Origin: Spirochaetota bacterium
Lineage (GTDB): Bacteria; Spirochaetota; UBA4802; JAFGDQ01
Assembly (NCBI GenBank): GCA_043803405.1
Contig: JAZDKB010000019.1
Span: forward strand, 96,001-160,000
Direction: 5' to 3'
DNA: 64,000 nucleotides
Below are positions 30,690-41,244 of this stretch, piece by piece; the first letter of the stretch is position 1, and every line of letters begins with the position of its first letter. Under the pieces are notes generated by a model. That model saw only the letters and a program-made list of their open reading frames with translations, did no database searches and had not been told where the DNA came from. A program made the translations under genes and the position numbers.

Positions 30690-32465
30690 TTGCCTATACC
30701 TCGTGAGACAATCGAATTAGTCAGAGAAAGAGCTCAAATTGAAGAGATTATTAAACGCTACGTTCCGACATTAAAAAAAAACGGAAATAATTTTACAGCG
30801 CTTTGCCCTTTTCATAAAGAGAAAACACCTTCTTTCAGCGTTTCGCCAGAAAAGCAGATATTTTATTGTTTTGGATGTAACGCAGGCGGAAATGTATTTT
30901 CATTTATTTCCAAGATTGAAGGTTTAACATTTCCTGAGAGTGTTAAGTTTGTCGGAGAATTAGTTGGCATTAAAGTTGAGAACAAACCTGACGGGAAATC
31001 CGATCAAAAGGAAGATAAATTAGAAAGACTTAAAACTATTAATCGCTCTGCAATGGATTTTTTTCATAATATTCTTGTTTCAGAACCCGGTAGCAGAGGT
31101 TTAAATTACATAATTAAAAGAGGAGTTTCGGAGGAGGCTATAAAAGAATTCAGGCTTGGATTTTCTCCTGACTCGTGGAATCATCTGACTAATTATTTAA
31201 CAAATAATAAAATGCCTTTAGGTTTATCTTTCGAAATCGGGCTTCTGGGTTCAAAGGATAAACAAAATTACTATGATAAATTCAGAAATCGGGTAATGTT
31301 CCCGATTATTAATCATAGAAATGAAGTAGTTGCGTTCGGCGGCCGTGCAATTGACGGGACGGAGCCGAAATACTTAAATTCGCAGGAATCGGTTATTTAT
31401 AAAAAAAGGGAAGTGCTGTATGGGCTGAACATTGCCAAGCAGTATATTTCCGAATACAAAAGAGCCATAATTGTTGAAGGTTATCTCGATGTAATAGGAT
31501 GTCATCAGGCAGGCATTAAAAATGTTGTGGCACCGCTCGGTACGGCACTTACAATTGATCAGTTAAAACTATTATCGAGGTATTGTAAAGAGGTTATTCT
31601 GCTTTTCGACGCGGATTCCGCAGGAATAAAAGCGTCTGTCAGGTCCATTGATATTTTTAAAAATATAAATCTGGATGTTAAAATCGCAGTGCTACCGGAA
31701 TATGATCCTTTTGAGTTTATCGGGAAAAAAGGCGTCAGGGAATTCATGGTTATAGTTGATAAAGCCTTAAATCCCATTGACTATCAAATAATGAGGATTG
31801 TTGAGGACGGTAAAAGGATGGATAATAAACTCAACCTTCTATTGGAAATATTTAAAATAATCGGAAATATTGAATTTGAGACCGAGCAGCAGGAATATTT
31901 AAAAAAAACCGGAATTATTCTTGGCATACCTGAAAATTCCGTCAGAGCGGATTTCATTAAATATTCAAAGAAAGGGAATAAAATAAAAAAAGAATTTGTT
32001 ACACAAGGGATGAAACCGGAGAAGTCGGATTTTCTTGTTAAAAGCTATCAGGAAATGGTTTTGTTATTATGTAATTTTCCAGAACTGATAGAACAGGCAA
32101 AAATGGATCTTAATATAGAAGAATTCCCGGATCCGGTGTCAAAAAATATTTTTACTAAATTAACGGAATTATATTCAAATAACGAGAAAATATCCATAGA
32201 TAAAATATACGATTTTTTTCCGGACGGGGATGAAAAATCGGTTCTTGAAAAGAACAACTGCAGCGTAGATGATTCTGAAGCCGCATATTATGATTATACA
32301 AAAAGATATATTAGAATAAAAGTTGAACATATTGAGAAAAAGATAGATTACTATGAAAAGATTATAAATAATCCCGGCAAATTAAGCAGCAGGGAATTGA
32401 ACGATTGTCTTATTGAATACCAGGTGTGGCAGAGAGAAAGAGACAAGCTTTCGTCGCATTTGTAA
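30690..32465 (+). CDS. dnaG: DNA primase
   Basis: Zn finger CPFH..KTPSF..CFGC, FGGR, KYLNS, VEGYLD, FDADSAG. Confidence 0.98.
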   Translation: MPIPRETIELVRERAQIEEIIKRYVPTLKKNGNNFTALCPFHKEKTPSFSVSPEKQIFYCFGCNAGGNVFSFISKIEGLTFPESVKFVGELVGIKVENKPDGKSDQKEDKLERLKTINRSAMDFFHNILVSEPGSRGLNYIIKRGVSEEAIKEFRLGFSPDSWNHLTNYLTNNKMPLGLSFEIGLLGSKDKQNYYDKFRNRVMFPIINHRNEVVAFGGRAIDGTEPKYLNSQESVIYKKREVLYGLNIAKQYISEYKRAIIVEGYLDVIGCHQAGIKNVVAPLGTALTIDQLKLLSRYCKEVILLFDADSAGIKASVRSIDIFKNINLDVKIAVLPEYDPFEFIGKKGVREFMVIVDKALNPIDYQIMRIVEDGKRMDNKLNLLLEIFKIIGNIEFETEQQEYLKKTGIILGIPENSVRADFIKYSKKGNKIKKEFVTQGMKPEKSDFLVKSYQEMVLLLCNFPELIEQAKMDLNIEEFPDPVSKNIFTKLTELYSNNEKISIDKIYDFFPDGDEKSVLEKNNCSVDDSEAAYYDYTKRYIRIKVEHIEKKIDYYEKIINNPGKLSSRELNDCLIEYQVWQRERDKLSSHL

Positions 32466-32545
32466 ACTCTGCTGAAGATTCGGATTATTTAAGGGGCATA
32501 GAAGCTGATATATTATAAAAATTTATATTTTAATGAAGGAGTGTT

Positions 32546-34315
32546 ATGAAGGAAGGAGAATTCGCGTTAGAAAAACTTGCGGAAGTTAAAAAGCTAATTC
32601 AGCTGGCAAAATCGAACAGTGAAATAACTTATGATGAGATAAACGATATTCTGCCGGATAAGCTGCTGAACTCGGAGAAAATAGACGATATTTTTATTTT
32701 GTTGAACCAGCTCGGAATTGAGGTAGTTGAAGAAACATCCAGAAAACCGATGGGGATTGCCTCTGTAAAGAAGAAGGAGCCAAGCGCTGCTAAAAAAACG
32801 TCTTCTGTAGCAACAGACTCGGCTTCTATTGACGATCCGGTGAGACTGTATCTTAAGGAAATAGGCAGGGTGTCGCTATTATCCGGAGATGAAGAAGTTG
32901 ATCTTGCCAAAAGAATAGAAGAGGGCGAGAATATAATAGAAAATGCGATTCTTAATTCAACGCTCCTTGTTAATGATTTAATCAGAAATTATCCGAAGGT
33001 TAAAAGCGGTAAGATAAAACTGACCGATGTTATGAGGGTTTCCAAGCTGTACTATTTTTCATCAGTCGACATAAAGGCTCTGGAACGCAAATATGCGTCC
33101 AGGATGAATGTTATACTGGCTAATGATAAAAAGGTGCTGCAGCTTGAAAATAAAATGAAAAGGATAGGGAACGATGCTCAGAAGACGAAGGACTGTAAAG
33201 AGAAGATCGACAAGCTAATCGAATCCAGCTGCGAGTCGATCAGAGAAATGGGCATTAATCAGAATGAAATAGGGAAGGTTTCCAATAAAATACAGTCAAT
33301 GGTCAGCAGGCTGAACGATACATACGATATGTTTCTGGAGATCACGAAAAAATATGGCAAGTCCGTTAAAGAATTAAAACAAATTGCCCGCAAAGTGGAA
33401 AAGGACGGGCACTCCAAACAGAACATAAAGGCATTCGGCCTGAAAGATAAAGAGGAACTGGTTCAGCTTGTTAAAGAGATCAGAAATAACGAGAGAAAAA
33501 TAAGAAGAATAGAGCAGGAAGCAGGCGCCACGGTTGAGCAGATTATGGAATGGGGGAAACAGATTGAACTAGGGCAAAGAAAGATTTCCATAGCAAAGAA
33601 AGGATTGATCAAAGCCAACCTGAGACTGGTTGTAGCCATAGCAAAGAAGTATGCCAACAGAGGAATGCATTTTTTTGATCTTGTTCAGGAAGGCAATATA
33701 GGACTGATTAAAGCTGTTGATAAATTTGAATACCGCAAGGGATATAAGTTTTCAACTTATGCGACATGGTGGATAAGGCAGGCTATTACAAGAGCCATCT
33801 CGGATCAGGGCAGGACGATACGCGTTCCGGTACACATGATAGAGCAGATAAATAAAGTAATGAGAGAGACGAGATTATTCCAGCAGGAGTTCGGCAGGGA
33901 ACCTACTTCCGAGGAACTTGCAGACAGGCTCGGATGGCCGCTCTCCAGGGTAAAAGGGGTAAAGAATATTGCGCGGGAGCCGATTTCCCTGGAAACTCCC
34001 GTAGGGGAAGAAGAGGACTCGCTTCTAGGCGACTTTATTGAAGATAAGGAAGTTGACTCACCGGCCAATACTGCTGCATATAATTTGTTGTCCGAGCAGA
34101 TCGATTCAGTGTTAAGCACTCTGCCGGCAAGGGAGCAGAAGGTAATCAGGATGAGGTTCGGACTGGATGACGGGTATTCCCATACTCTTGAAGAAGTAGG
34201 TTATGTTTTTAAAGTCACAAGAGAGCGTATCCGGCAGATAGAAGCCAAAGCTCTGAGAAGGCTAAGGCATCCCACAAGAACAAGAAAGCTCAAAGATTAT
34301 CTGGATGGTTTTTAA
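32546..34315 (+). CDS. rpoD: RNA polymerase primary sigma factor
   Basis: [44 protein letters not shown]; follows dnaG. Confidence 0.98.
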   Translation: MKEGEFALEKLAEVKKLIQLAKSNSEITYDEINDILPDKLLNSEKIDDIFILLNQLGIEVVEETSRKPMGIASVKKKEPSAAKKTSSVATDSASIDDPVRLYLKEIGRVSLLSGDEEVDLAKRIEEGENIIENAILNSTLLVNDLIRNYPKVKSGKIKLTDVMRVSKLYYFSSVDIKALERKYASRMNVILANDKKVLQLENKMKRIGNDAQKTKDCKEKIDKLIESSCESIREMGINQNEIGKVSNKIQSMVSRLNDTYDMFLEITKKYGKSVKELKQIARKVEKDGHSKQNIKAFGLKDKEELVQLVKEIRNNERKIRRIEQEAGATVEQIMEWGKQIELGQRKISIAKKGLIKANLRLVVAIAKKYANRGMHFFDLVQEGNIGLIKAVDKFEYRKGYKFSTYATWWIRQAITRAISDQGRTIRVPVHMIEQINKVMRETRLFQQEFGREPTSEELADRLGWPLSRVKGVKNIAREPISLETPVGEEEDSLLGDFIEDKEVDSPANTAAYNLLSEQIDSVLSTLPAREQKVIRMRFGLDDGYSHTLEEVGYVFKVTRERIRQIEAKALRRLRHPTRTRKLKDYLDGF

Positions 34316-34356
34316 GCTAATCCAGAAATTTATCTAAAAATTCAAATACTTCGTTT

Positions 34357-34387
34357 AAGGAATTTGCGATATGCATATCGCTTCCTT
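34357..34387. terminator. Hairpin between convergent genes (possible terminator)
   Basis: Perfect palindrome gcgatatgcatatcgc flanked by aaggaa/ttcctt. Confidence 0.5.
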
Positions 34388-34408
34388 TCCTGTCGTCTAT
34401 GTTTAATT

Positions 34409-35365
34409 TCATTTGAGAATATCTCCTGTTGCCAGGTAATTCTCAAAAGTGAGGAGCTTGTCCCACAGGCTGTAAATATATTCTTTTGTATCTATTTTTA
34501 ATCTAATTGAATGATAAGGAATATTAACTGACTTGTATAAAAATTCAAGTTTTTGCGCGCTGGTTTTAAATGTGTCCTTCTTATTAATCTTTTCGAGCAC
34601 AATATAATCCCTGATTGAGAGCGCAAGGCATCTGGAATTATGCCTGTAATTTTCACTTAGTATTTTTAATACCTCATCAGAAACTTCAAGGAGAGAATGA
34701 ATGCCAGTATGATTAAATATTTTTTCAAGCATGTTGAAAACAAATAACGTAACTCTTACCGAATGCACATCATCAATGTTATTGTTAAGGTAATTCTCAA
34801 CCTCTTTTGAAACATTGTTAAAATAGTTATCTTTAAATTGTTCCGTTTTATCGAGTAAAACAGAGAACACATATTTAATCAGTTTTGCCAGAAAAATGAA
34901 TTTATCTTCAGAAAAAAATACAGATGATGAAACAGATGCGAAAACTGTCTTTGCTGATTCATCCGAAAAAACCGGGAAAACAAAAATGTTATACGGGAAG
35001 TTTTCATCTGACGAAGGGATTTGAAATATTTCATTGTCCGAAATAGTTTCCGTATTATCTGCGATCGATTTCATAGTGTTTGAGTTAAGATTGTTGTCCC
35101 CGTAATAAGCCATATAATATATATTATTTTTACTTAAATTGTAGATGCCGGATAACAGGGAATAGTTTTCGATGTTGTTATAATAACATAATCCTTCTAC
35201 CTGGTTGAGGCTTTCGTTTTTTTTATATTTATTCGCAGTATTATTATATTTACTGCACAGGTTATTGTATTCTTCCAATGCATCATTGCGGGAAAGTTTG
35301 CCTTCTGCAAAATCTTTTAATGACTTGCTGACCGATACAATGAGATTATCAATATCTTTCGACAT
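34409..35365 (-). CDS. Hypothetical protein
   Basis: 318-aa ORF with GGAG RBS downstream of folC; no recognised motif. Confidence 0.6.
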   Translation of the reverse strand: MSKDIDNLIVSVSKSLKDFAEGKLSRNDALEEYNNLCSKYNNTANKYKKNESLNQVEGLCYYNNIENYSLLSGIYNLSKNNIYYMAYYGDNNLNSNTMKSIADNTETISDNEIFQIPSSDENFPYNIFVFPVFSDESAKTVFASVSSSVFFSEDKFIFLAKLIKYVFSVLLDKTEQFKDNYFNNVSKEVENYLNNNIDDVHSVRVTLFVFNMLEKIFNHTGIHSLLEVSDEVLKILSENYRHNSRCLALSIRDYIVLEKINKKDTFKTSAQKLEFLYKSVNIPYHSIRLKIDTKEYIYSLWDKLLTFENYLATGDILK

Positions 35366-35445
35366 ATTTTCTCCGGCTGATTTTTTTTCCTGATTATTTT
35401 TGCATATTGAATTAATCCAATAACATTAAAAATGCAAGAATAATT

Positions 35446-36774
35446 TTAAATTGCTTTTATAAGCTTTTTTGCAATGCCGTAAATTCTGAAAGACCCTGTT
35501 ATAACGAGCAAAATATCCGGTTCTAATGATGAACGAATCTTTTCCTTTAGTTTTTTAAAATCACTTATGGAAATGATATTGTTATATAATGATTTTCTAC
35601 TGCTTTTTAACTCAGGGATTTTAAAGCACCTAACATCGTCCAGCTCATAATAAAAGATATTCCCAGTAAGCTCCTTTTGTAATATTTTGAACATTAAAGT
35701 ATGGTCTTTGTCGGTCATGAATGATACCAGCACGCTGTATTTTTTTTCCGGGTAAAGCTCTTTAATCGCTCTGACTACGGAAGTTATCGCAGCAGTATTA
35801 TGCGCCGGGTCGAAAATGATGAGCGGGTCCACGGACAGCGTCTGCAGGCGGCCGGGGATGTGTGCGTTTCGGAGCCCTTTGCGTATATCGCGTTCGGTTA
35901 CTATAATGCCGGATTTCGTTAGCAGAAGCGATGACGTAATCGCGAGTGATGCGTTGATTACCTGGAATTTGCCAGGGATTGGCAGTTCAACTTTATTAAA
36001 AGCGAAAGTATTAGGTGTTTCATTACTATCTTTTTTTAAAAGATAATCAAAAGATGTTCTTTTATTATTGTTTAAAGTTGTTATATTTTCTGTAAGAAAA
36101 TTTTTTTTTAAAGCATACAGCTCCGAGTGTTCCAGCTTTGATTTTTGAGCGAGCATATTTAAAATTTTTTTATTTTGATTTGAAGTAACAACAACAGTAT
36201 TTTTTTTTATTATACCTGCCTTTTCGTGTGCTATTTCATTAAGAGTTCTTCCAAGGATATGAGTATGGTCCAGTGATATGTCGGTTATCACTGAGATTTC
36301 CGGAGATATAACATTCGTAGAATCCAGCCGTCCGCCCAGGCCGGCTTCTATTACTGCTATTTCCGCTTTCTCTTCAAAAAAAAATCTGAAAGCGAACAAT
36401 GTTAAAGCGTCAAAATAGGTCGGATGAAGATTTTTGTTTTTTGCGAGAACAGTAAAAAGCTCATTTGTGTATTTAACCAATTGTCGAGAAGGTATTTCCA
36501 TGTTGCTTATTTTTATTCGTTCGTTAATACGGACAAGATGCGGCGATGTGTAAAGCCCGGTCCTTTTTCCTGAGGCGATCAAAATGCTGTTAAGCATGTA
36601 GGCTACGGAACCTTTTCCGTTTGTTCCGGCTATATGTATTGTTTTTATTTTTTTATGAGGATTCCCGAAAAGTTTTAGAAGTTTTTCAATATCATTTAAA
36701 TTATAGTTTTTAAAATTATTACCGGATTTTTCATTGTTGATAAGAGTGTCTAATTTTTTTATTATCGGGTGCAT
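35446..36774 (-). CDS. folC: Folylpolyglutamate/dihydrofolate synthase
   Basis: HIAGTNGKGS, TSPHL, EAGLGGRLDSTN, DHTHILG, EKAGI, D.AHN, GSF. Confidence 0.96.
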   Translation of the reverse strand: MHPIIKKLDTLINNEKSGNNFKNYNLNDIEKLLKLFGNPHKKIKTIHIAGTNGKGSVAYMLNSILIASGKRTGLYTSPHLVRINERIKISNMEIPSRQLVKYTNELFTVLAKNKNLHPTYFDALTLFAFRFFFEEKAEIAVIEAGLGGRLDSTNVISPEISVITDISLDHTHILGRTLNEIAHEKAGIIKKNTVVVTSNQNKKILNMLAQKSKLEHSELYALKKNFLTENITTLNNNKRTSFDYLLKKDSNETPNTFAFNKVELPIPGKFQVINASLAITSSLLLTKSGIIVTERDIRKGLRNAHIPGRLQTLSVDPLIIFDPAHNTAAITSVVRAIKELYPEKKYSVLVSFMTDKDHTLMFKILQKELTGNIFYYELDDVRCFKIPELKSSRKSLYNNIISISDFKKLKEKIRSSLEPDILLVITGSFRIYGIAKKLIKAI

Positions 36775-36822
36775 AATAAGTCTGGCTTAATTAAAGTGTC
36801 CTAGCGGAAGCTTGATAATCCG

Positions 36823-37698
36823 CTATATAACTGTGTTGTTAAGATATTTTTTTACGGCTTTTTCCATGACGGATACAGGCGCTTTTTTACCAGTCCATAT
36901 TTCGAACTGCCGTGCGCCCTGATTTACGAGCATATCAATGCCATATATTATTTTACATCCCTTGCTTTTGCTTGTTTTAAGAAGACTGGTTGCATGAGGC
37001 GAATAAACAATGTCGAATACAGTGTGTTCTTTTTGAATAAGATCAGGATCGATGGGGATACTGTCCTTATCCGGCAGCATGCCGACCGGCGTTGTATTAA
37101 TAATTACATTCGTTTTCCGTGTGCTGTCTTCATTAAGTTCATCTGTAAGAATATAATCAATTTGTTTATGTTTTTTTCTGATATCCTTAACCAGATGCAA
37201 TATTCTTTTCTTATTCCTGCCCGCAATGGTAACTTTAGCACCGCCGCTTAAAAGAGCGAAGGCGATAGCCCTTGCCGAGCCGCCGTTTCCGAGCAAAAGC
37301 GCGTTTAGTCCCCTTATTTGAACGCCGTTCTTTACAAGCGCTTCCACGGCTCCTGTACCGTCTGTATTGTATCCGCAGATTTTCCCGTGGTCATTACAGA
37401 GAGTGTTTATTGATCCGATATCCAGCGCAAGCGGATCGATTGTATCGGCATATTTAAGAGCTGAGGTCTTGAACGGGATTGTGATGCTGGCGCCCCGGAT
37501 GTTTAACTCTCTCATGGCTGCAACTGCGTTTTTAATGCTGCCCGCCTCAAAGGCAACATAGACTGCGTCAATGCCCAGCTCCCTGAAAGCGGCATTGTGC
37601 ATAGCCGGTGAAAGCGAGTGTTTAACAGGGTTCCCGAAAATGCAATAGACTCCTGTGCCTGCGTTGATTTTTGAAATATTATTTTTTTTCATTTGCAT
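36823..37698 (-). CDS. aroE: Shikimate dehydrogenase
   Basis: HSLSPAMHN, TIPFK, SINT, GYNTDG, GNGGSARA, INTTPVGM, QF..WTG. Confidence 0.96.
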   Translation of the reverse strand: MQMKKNNISKINAGTGVYCIFGNPVKHSLSPAMHNAAFRELGIDAVYVAFEAGSIKNAVAAMRELNIRGASITIPFKTSALKYADTIDPLALDIGSINTLCNDHGKICGYNTDGTGAVEALVKNGVQIRGLNALLLGNGGSARAIAFALLSGGAKVTIAGRNKKRILHLVKDIRKKHKQIDYILTDELNEDSTRKTNVIINTTPVGMLPDKDSIPIDPDLIQKEHTVFDIVYSPHATSLLKTSKSKGCKIIYGIDMLVNQGARQFEIWTGKKAPVSVMEKAVKKYLNNTVI

Positions 37699-37777
37699 AA
37701 CAGTTTACATCTTCTGCGATAAAAGCTTATCTTGATATTATGCGCAAGTATTTTTTACATATTAGGGGCAGGTTATG

Positions 37778-37819
37778 TAACCTAATGTGTAAAGGCAATC
37801 GCTGTTACACATTAGGTTA
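37778..37819. repeat. Perfect 15-bp inverted repeat
   Basis: TAACCTAATGTGTAA (37778-37792) and TTACACATTAGGTTA (37805-37819). Confidence 0.8.
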
Positions 37820-37826
37820 TTTTGCA

Positions 37827-38390
37827 TTAAAGGCCGCGCTTTTGCAAAAATTTAAGGAAGAAGATAATTGCAGCGCAGATAATAAATATAAGAATCCAGT
37901 GGAAAGGCGCGCTTAACCCGGCTATATCGGGTAAGGTTATTTTGCCATAGGATCCCAATTTAAATAATGAATCCTTTAATGAAGAATAGGCTTTTGCATA
38001 AATGCCTGCTCCTGCAAGCATGCCAGGAATAGCCCCGAATAAAGCGTCAAACCGGCCTTCGGAAACAGCACCTATTCCTGTTGTCGGGCAATATCCTGCA
38101 ATGGCGAATCCTATACCGAAAATAAGACCTCCAAGAATATTTGCGCCAACATAAGTTGATTTTGGCTTCAGTGTAAGTATGCCGATATCCCTGAAAAAAT
38201 AAATACCTATCATGCCAACAATTATTGCGGTCAGCATAACTTTAATCATTGTAAAGTCTTTAAGCCTTAATTGGCCTACAATTGTTTCATAGCGGGTCAT
38301 TCTGCTTTTTTGAATCGAAAATCCAAAAATAATACCAATAAGCAAACCTGCTATAAGTTTAAGTTCCGGTGATGAAATAAAAGGAGCCAT
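37827..38390 (-). CDS. YeeE/YedE (DUF395/DUF6691) sulfur/selenium-compound transporter, second half
   Basis: GIIFGF, GGLIFGIGFAIAGYCP motif, multi-TM. Confidence 0.9.
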   Translation of the reverse strand: MAPFISSPELKLIAGLLIGIIFGFSIQKSRMTRYETIVGQLRLKDFTMIKVMLTAIIVGMIGIYFFRDIGILTLKPKSTYVGANILGGLIFGIGFAIAGYCPTTGIGAVSEGRFDALFGAIPGMLAGAGIYAKAYSSLKDSLFKLGSYGKITLPDIAGLSAPFHWILIFIICAAIIFFLKFLQKRGL

Positions 38391-38908
38391 TATTTACCTC
38401 CTTTCCCATACATTATACGGGCTGTAATGATACCCGTTAAAAACATAAAAGGTACAGTAAGCCAGCTGCTTACTGCAAGCTGCAGGATCCCACTGATCCC
38501 GTGTCCCAGTGGTCAACCGTCTGCCATGCGGGCGCCGAACATAAGTATAATTCCGCCAACGAAAGCAAACAGCCAGCGGCGCAGCCTGCCTGTTCCGAAA
38601 CGTTTTTCCCACATTTCAGGGATGAACCTGTTTGCCATGTTACCTGAAAGTTTTGCTGAGATAAATGCTCCGATCAGGCATCCGATCACAAACATCCATT
38701 GCCAGTCAATCATCGGTGTTTCTTTAATGTAGTAAGGCAGGTTTTTAACGTATTCCGGTGCAAAGATTTTTTCAATCATACCGGATGTGCGCACATAGGA
38801 GGTTGACGCGCCGAGCGGCGCTATTGCCAGAAAAGCTATCCAGCTTAAAAGCCCGATTATCACTCCTCCTGCATACGGCGACCAGCTTTCTTTTTTTAAC
38901 CAGTTCAT
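38390..38908 (-). CDS. YeeE/YedE transporter, first half; probable selenoprotein (in-frame TGA at 38513-38515)
   Basis: WSPYAGG..FGARMADG[TGA]PLGHGISGILQLAVSSW..KGGK*. TGA lies at the Cys of the family GAR.A.GC..GHG motif; read-through stop TAA overlaps the next ATG; AGGAG RBS before ATG 38908. Confidence 0.85.
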
Positions 38909-39229
38909 ATATATCTCCTGATTATAAAAAATTTTAAACTCGCGAATAATAATTTTTAATTTTATTATTTCCGTACGACTTTTTGTTGATTTTAAAATGA
39001 TAAAGTTAAAAATGAAGAAAGTCAATTTTATTTCACAAATTCTGTAATTGTTTATTGAATATTAGTATAGTGCGCGAACAGATATCCGGCATCGAATCCG
39101 GAAGAAGGCCGGATTGCTCCGGCACAGATTGTTGCGGGAAAACCATAAGTTAAATATAAACTTTTATTTTTCTTGACGGATTTTATACTGAATTATTAGA
39201 GTATAAAAAAATCAATCAGGAGGCATGTT

Positions 39230-39511
39230 GTGTTTAAAAGAATTACAGGTTTCTTTGCAGTGGCTTTATTTTGTCTGGTATTGGCATGCGGAGGTAAGTC
39301 GGAAACGGCAGGCGGCCCACTGGACAAAATAAAAAATGGGATGACTTATGAGGAAATTGAAAAAATTATCGGGTCTAAAGGTGAAGCATCGAAAGATACA
39401 ACCGGCGGAGGAGAATTGTATACGTGGGATAATGTAAACGGTAACAGGCTTATTTTAATGTTTAAAGACGGAAAACTTGTTAATAAAATGGTTACATTGA
39501 AGCTGGATTAA
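39230..39511 (+). CDS. Small lipoprotein (DUF3862/BLIP-like)
   Basis: Lipobox LA-C-G; IKNGMTYEEIEKIIG..G, YTW, FKDGKLVNK. Confidence 0.75.
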   Translation: MFKRITGFFAVALFCLVLACGGKSETAGGPLDKIKNGMTYEEIEKIIGSKGEASKDTTGGGELYTWDNVNGNRLILMFKDGKLVNKMVTLKLD

Positions 39512-39535
39512 TTTAAAATTTAATATATTTTTATT

Positions 39536-39563
39536 AAAAGGCAGCTCAATAGCTGCCTTTTTT
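39536..39563 (+). terminator. Rho-independent terminator
   Basis: aaaaggcagct-caat-agctgccttttttt. Confidence 0.85.
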
Positions 39564-39600
39564 ATTTTGTACACTCACGGCGCAGGGTATATAAAATAAA

Positions 39601-39630
39601 ACAGCCCCTGCTTCTAACTGCAGAGGCTGT
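39601..39630 (-). terminator. Terminator of benzoate-CoA-ligase-family gene
   Basis: acagcccctgc..gcagaggctgt hairpin, preceded on + by an A-run (U-tail on -). Confidence 0.65.
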
Positions 39631-39663
39631 CTATTATTGACTAAGATATTGTAAGTTTTAAGC

Positions 39664-41244
39664 TTACTTTGCGCGAAGTTTAAAGCGCTGAATCTTTCCT
39701 GTCGGTGTTTTTGGAAGAGCGTCGATAAACTCAACCCAGCGCGGGTATTTGTACTTGGCCATTTTGTCAAGGCACCATTGCTGGAGTTCTTTTGCAAGAG
39801 CATCCGAGGGTTTTTGACCGGCTTTAAGCACAACCCATGCCTTTGGTTTAATAAGGTCTTTTTCGTCTGCTTTTGCCGTTACTGCTGCTTCAAGCACTGC
39901 CGCGTGCTCCATGAGGCATGCTTCAACTTCAACCGGGGATACCCAGATTCCGCCGACTTTCAGCATGTCGTCGCTGCGGCCTGCGCAGAAATAGTATCCG
40001 TCTTTGTCTTTGTAATATTTGTCGCCTGTGTTGAACCATTCGCCCTGCATTGTGGTGCGTGTTTTTGCGCGTTTTTTCCAGTACAGGATGGCTGCACTAT
40101 CGCATCTTACCATCATTGTGCCCGGTTCGTCCACTGCGGCTTCTTTGCCTTCGTCATTTATGATCTTGAGTTCATAGTTCGGAGTTGCTTTTCCGCTTGC
40201 GCCCGGTCTGATATCATTCGGACGGTTGGAAATGTATATGTGCAGCAGCTCTGTTGAGCCGATACCGTCTAAAATGTCTACGCCGTAACGGGCTTTCCAT
40301 TTGTTATAGAGTTCAGGAGGAAGTGCTTCTCCTGCCGATACGCACATGCGGATCGATTTGCCGTCGTGATCGTCTTTTGGCCCTGCATTTGTCAGCCCTT
40401 TTGCTTTATCTTGCTGATCCTGATACGCCAGCATTGCGCCGTAGAGGGTTGGTACCCCGAAATATACGGTGGGTTTAAATTTTTTAAACAGTTCGTACAT
40501 TCCGTCCGGTTTCGGTGCGCCCGAGTTGAGCACTGTTCCGCCGCCGACTGCGAAAGCAAAATAGCCGGCATTGCCGAGGCCATAAGCAAAGAATAGACGC
40601 GCTGCCGACAGGGTTATATCGGTTTCTTTCAGACCCAGTACGGCTTTGGCGTAATTATCAGCTACTGTCTGCATGTCTTTTTGCGCGTGTATTGCGCCTT
40701 TTGGTGCGCCTGTTGATCCTGAGCTGTATAGCCAGAAGCAGTTGTCATCAGCTGTTGTATATGCGCAATCAAGCTTGTCGGAAGCCATATTGTAAAGATG
40801 ACTGTATGGCAGGCTGAATCCTTTAACTTCGTTGAAAACTATAATGTCGCGAAGATATAAAAGGTCGTCTTTAATTGCTTCTATCTGAGGAAGAAGCGCA
40901 TCGGACACAACAAGAGTCTTTGCGCGGCTGTCATTCAAATAATACTTGTAATCATCCGGCATCAGCATTGTGTTGATCGGGATTGGATTAGCTCCAATCT
41001 TGATGGCGCCGTAGAATACGCCGAAAAACATTGGAACATCCAGTAAAAGAATCATGACGCGGTCATCAATTTCTATCCCCATTTTTAGAAGCATATTACC
41101 GGTCTTATTTACCATTGCCTGGAGTTCTTTATAAGTGTAGTTTTTTTGAGGCGAATAAACTGCCATCTTATCGCTGCGGCCTTCGCGTACGTTCCGGTCA
41201 ATTAACCAGTCGGTCGCGTTATAAAAATCTTCTCCGTATTGCAT
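39664..41244 (-). CDS. Benzoate-CoA ligase family (aromatic acid-CoA ligase)
   Basis: FWLYSSGSTGAPKG, LFFAYGLGN, SAGEALP, DGIGSTE.LHI, GRSDDMLKVGGIWVSPVEVE, GKIQRFKLR. Confidence 0.92.
   Translation of the reverse strand: MQYGEDFYNATDWLIDRNVREGRSDKMAVYSPQKNYTYKELQAMVNKTGNMLLKMGIEIDDRVMILLLDVPMFFGVFYGAIKIGANPIPINTMLMPDDYKYYLNDSRAKTLVVSDALLPQIEAIKDDLLYLRDIIVFNEVKGFSLPYSHLYNMASDKLDCAYTTADDNCFWLYSSGSTGAPKGAIHAQKDMQTVADNYAKAVLGLKETDITLSAARLFFAYGLGNAGYFAFAVGGGTVLNSGAPKPDGMYELFKKFKPTVYFGVPTLYGAMLAYQDQQDKAKGLTNAGPKDDHDGKSIRMCVSAGEALPPELYNKWKARYGVDILDGIGSTELLHIYISNRPNDIRPGASGKATPNYELKIINDEGKEAAVDEPGTMMVRCDSAAILYWKKRAKTRTTMQGEWFNTGDKYYKDKDGYYFCAGRSDDMLKVGGIWVSPVEVEACLMEHAAVLEAAVTAKADEKDLIKPKAWVVLKAGQKPSDALAKELQQWCLDKMAKYKYPRWVEFIDALPKTPTGKIQRFKLRAK

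Noticed and set aside
38394..38612. 72-aa alternative-frame ORF or a frameshift explanation for the yeeE break
   Set aside because: The family motif continues in the same frame past TGA; the alternative frame is not protein-like.
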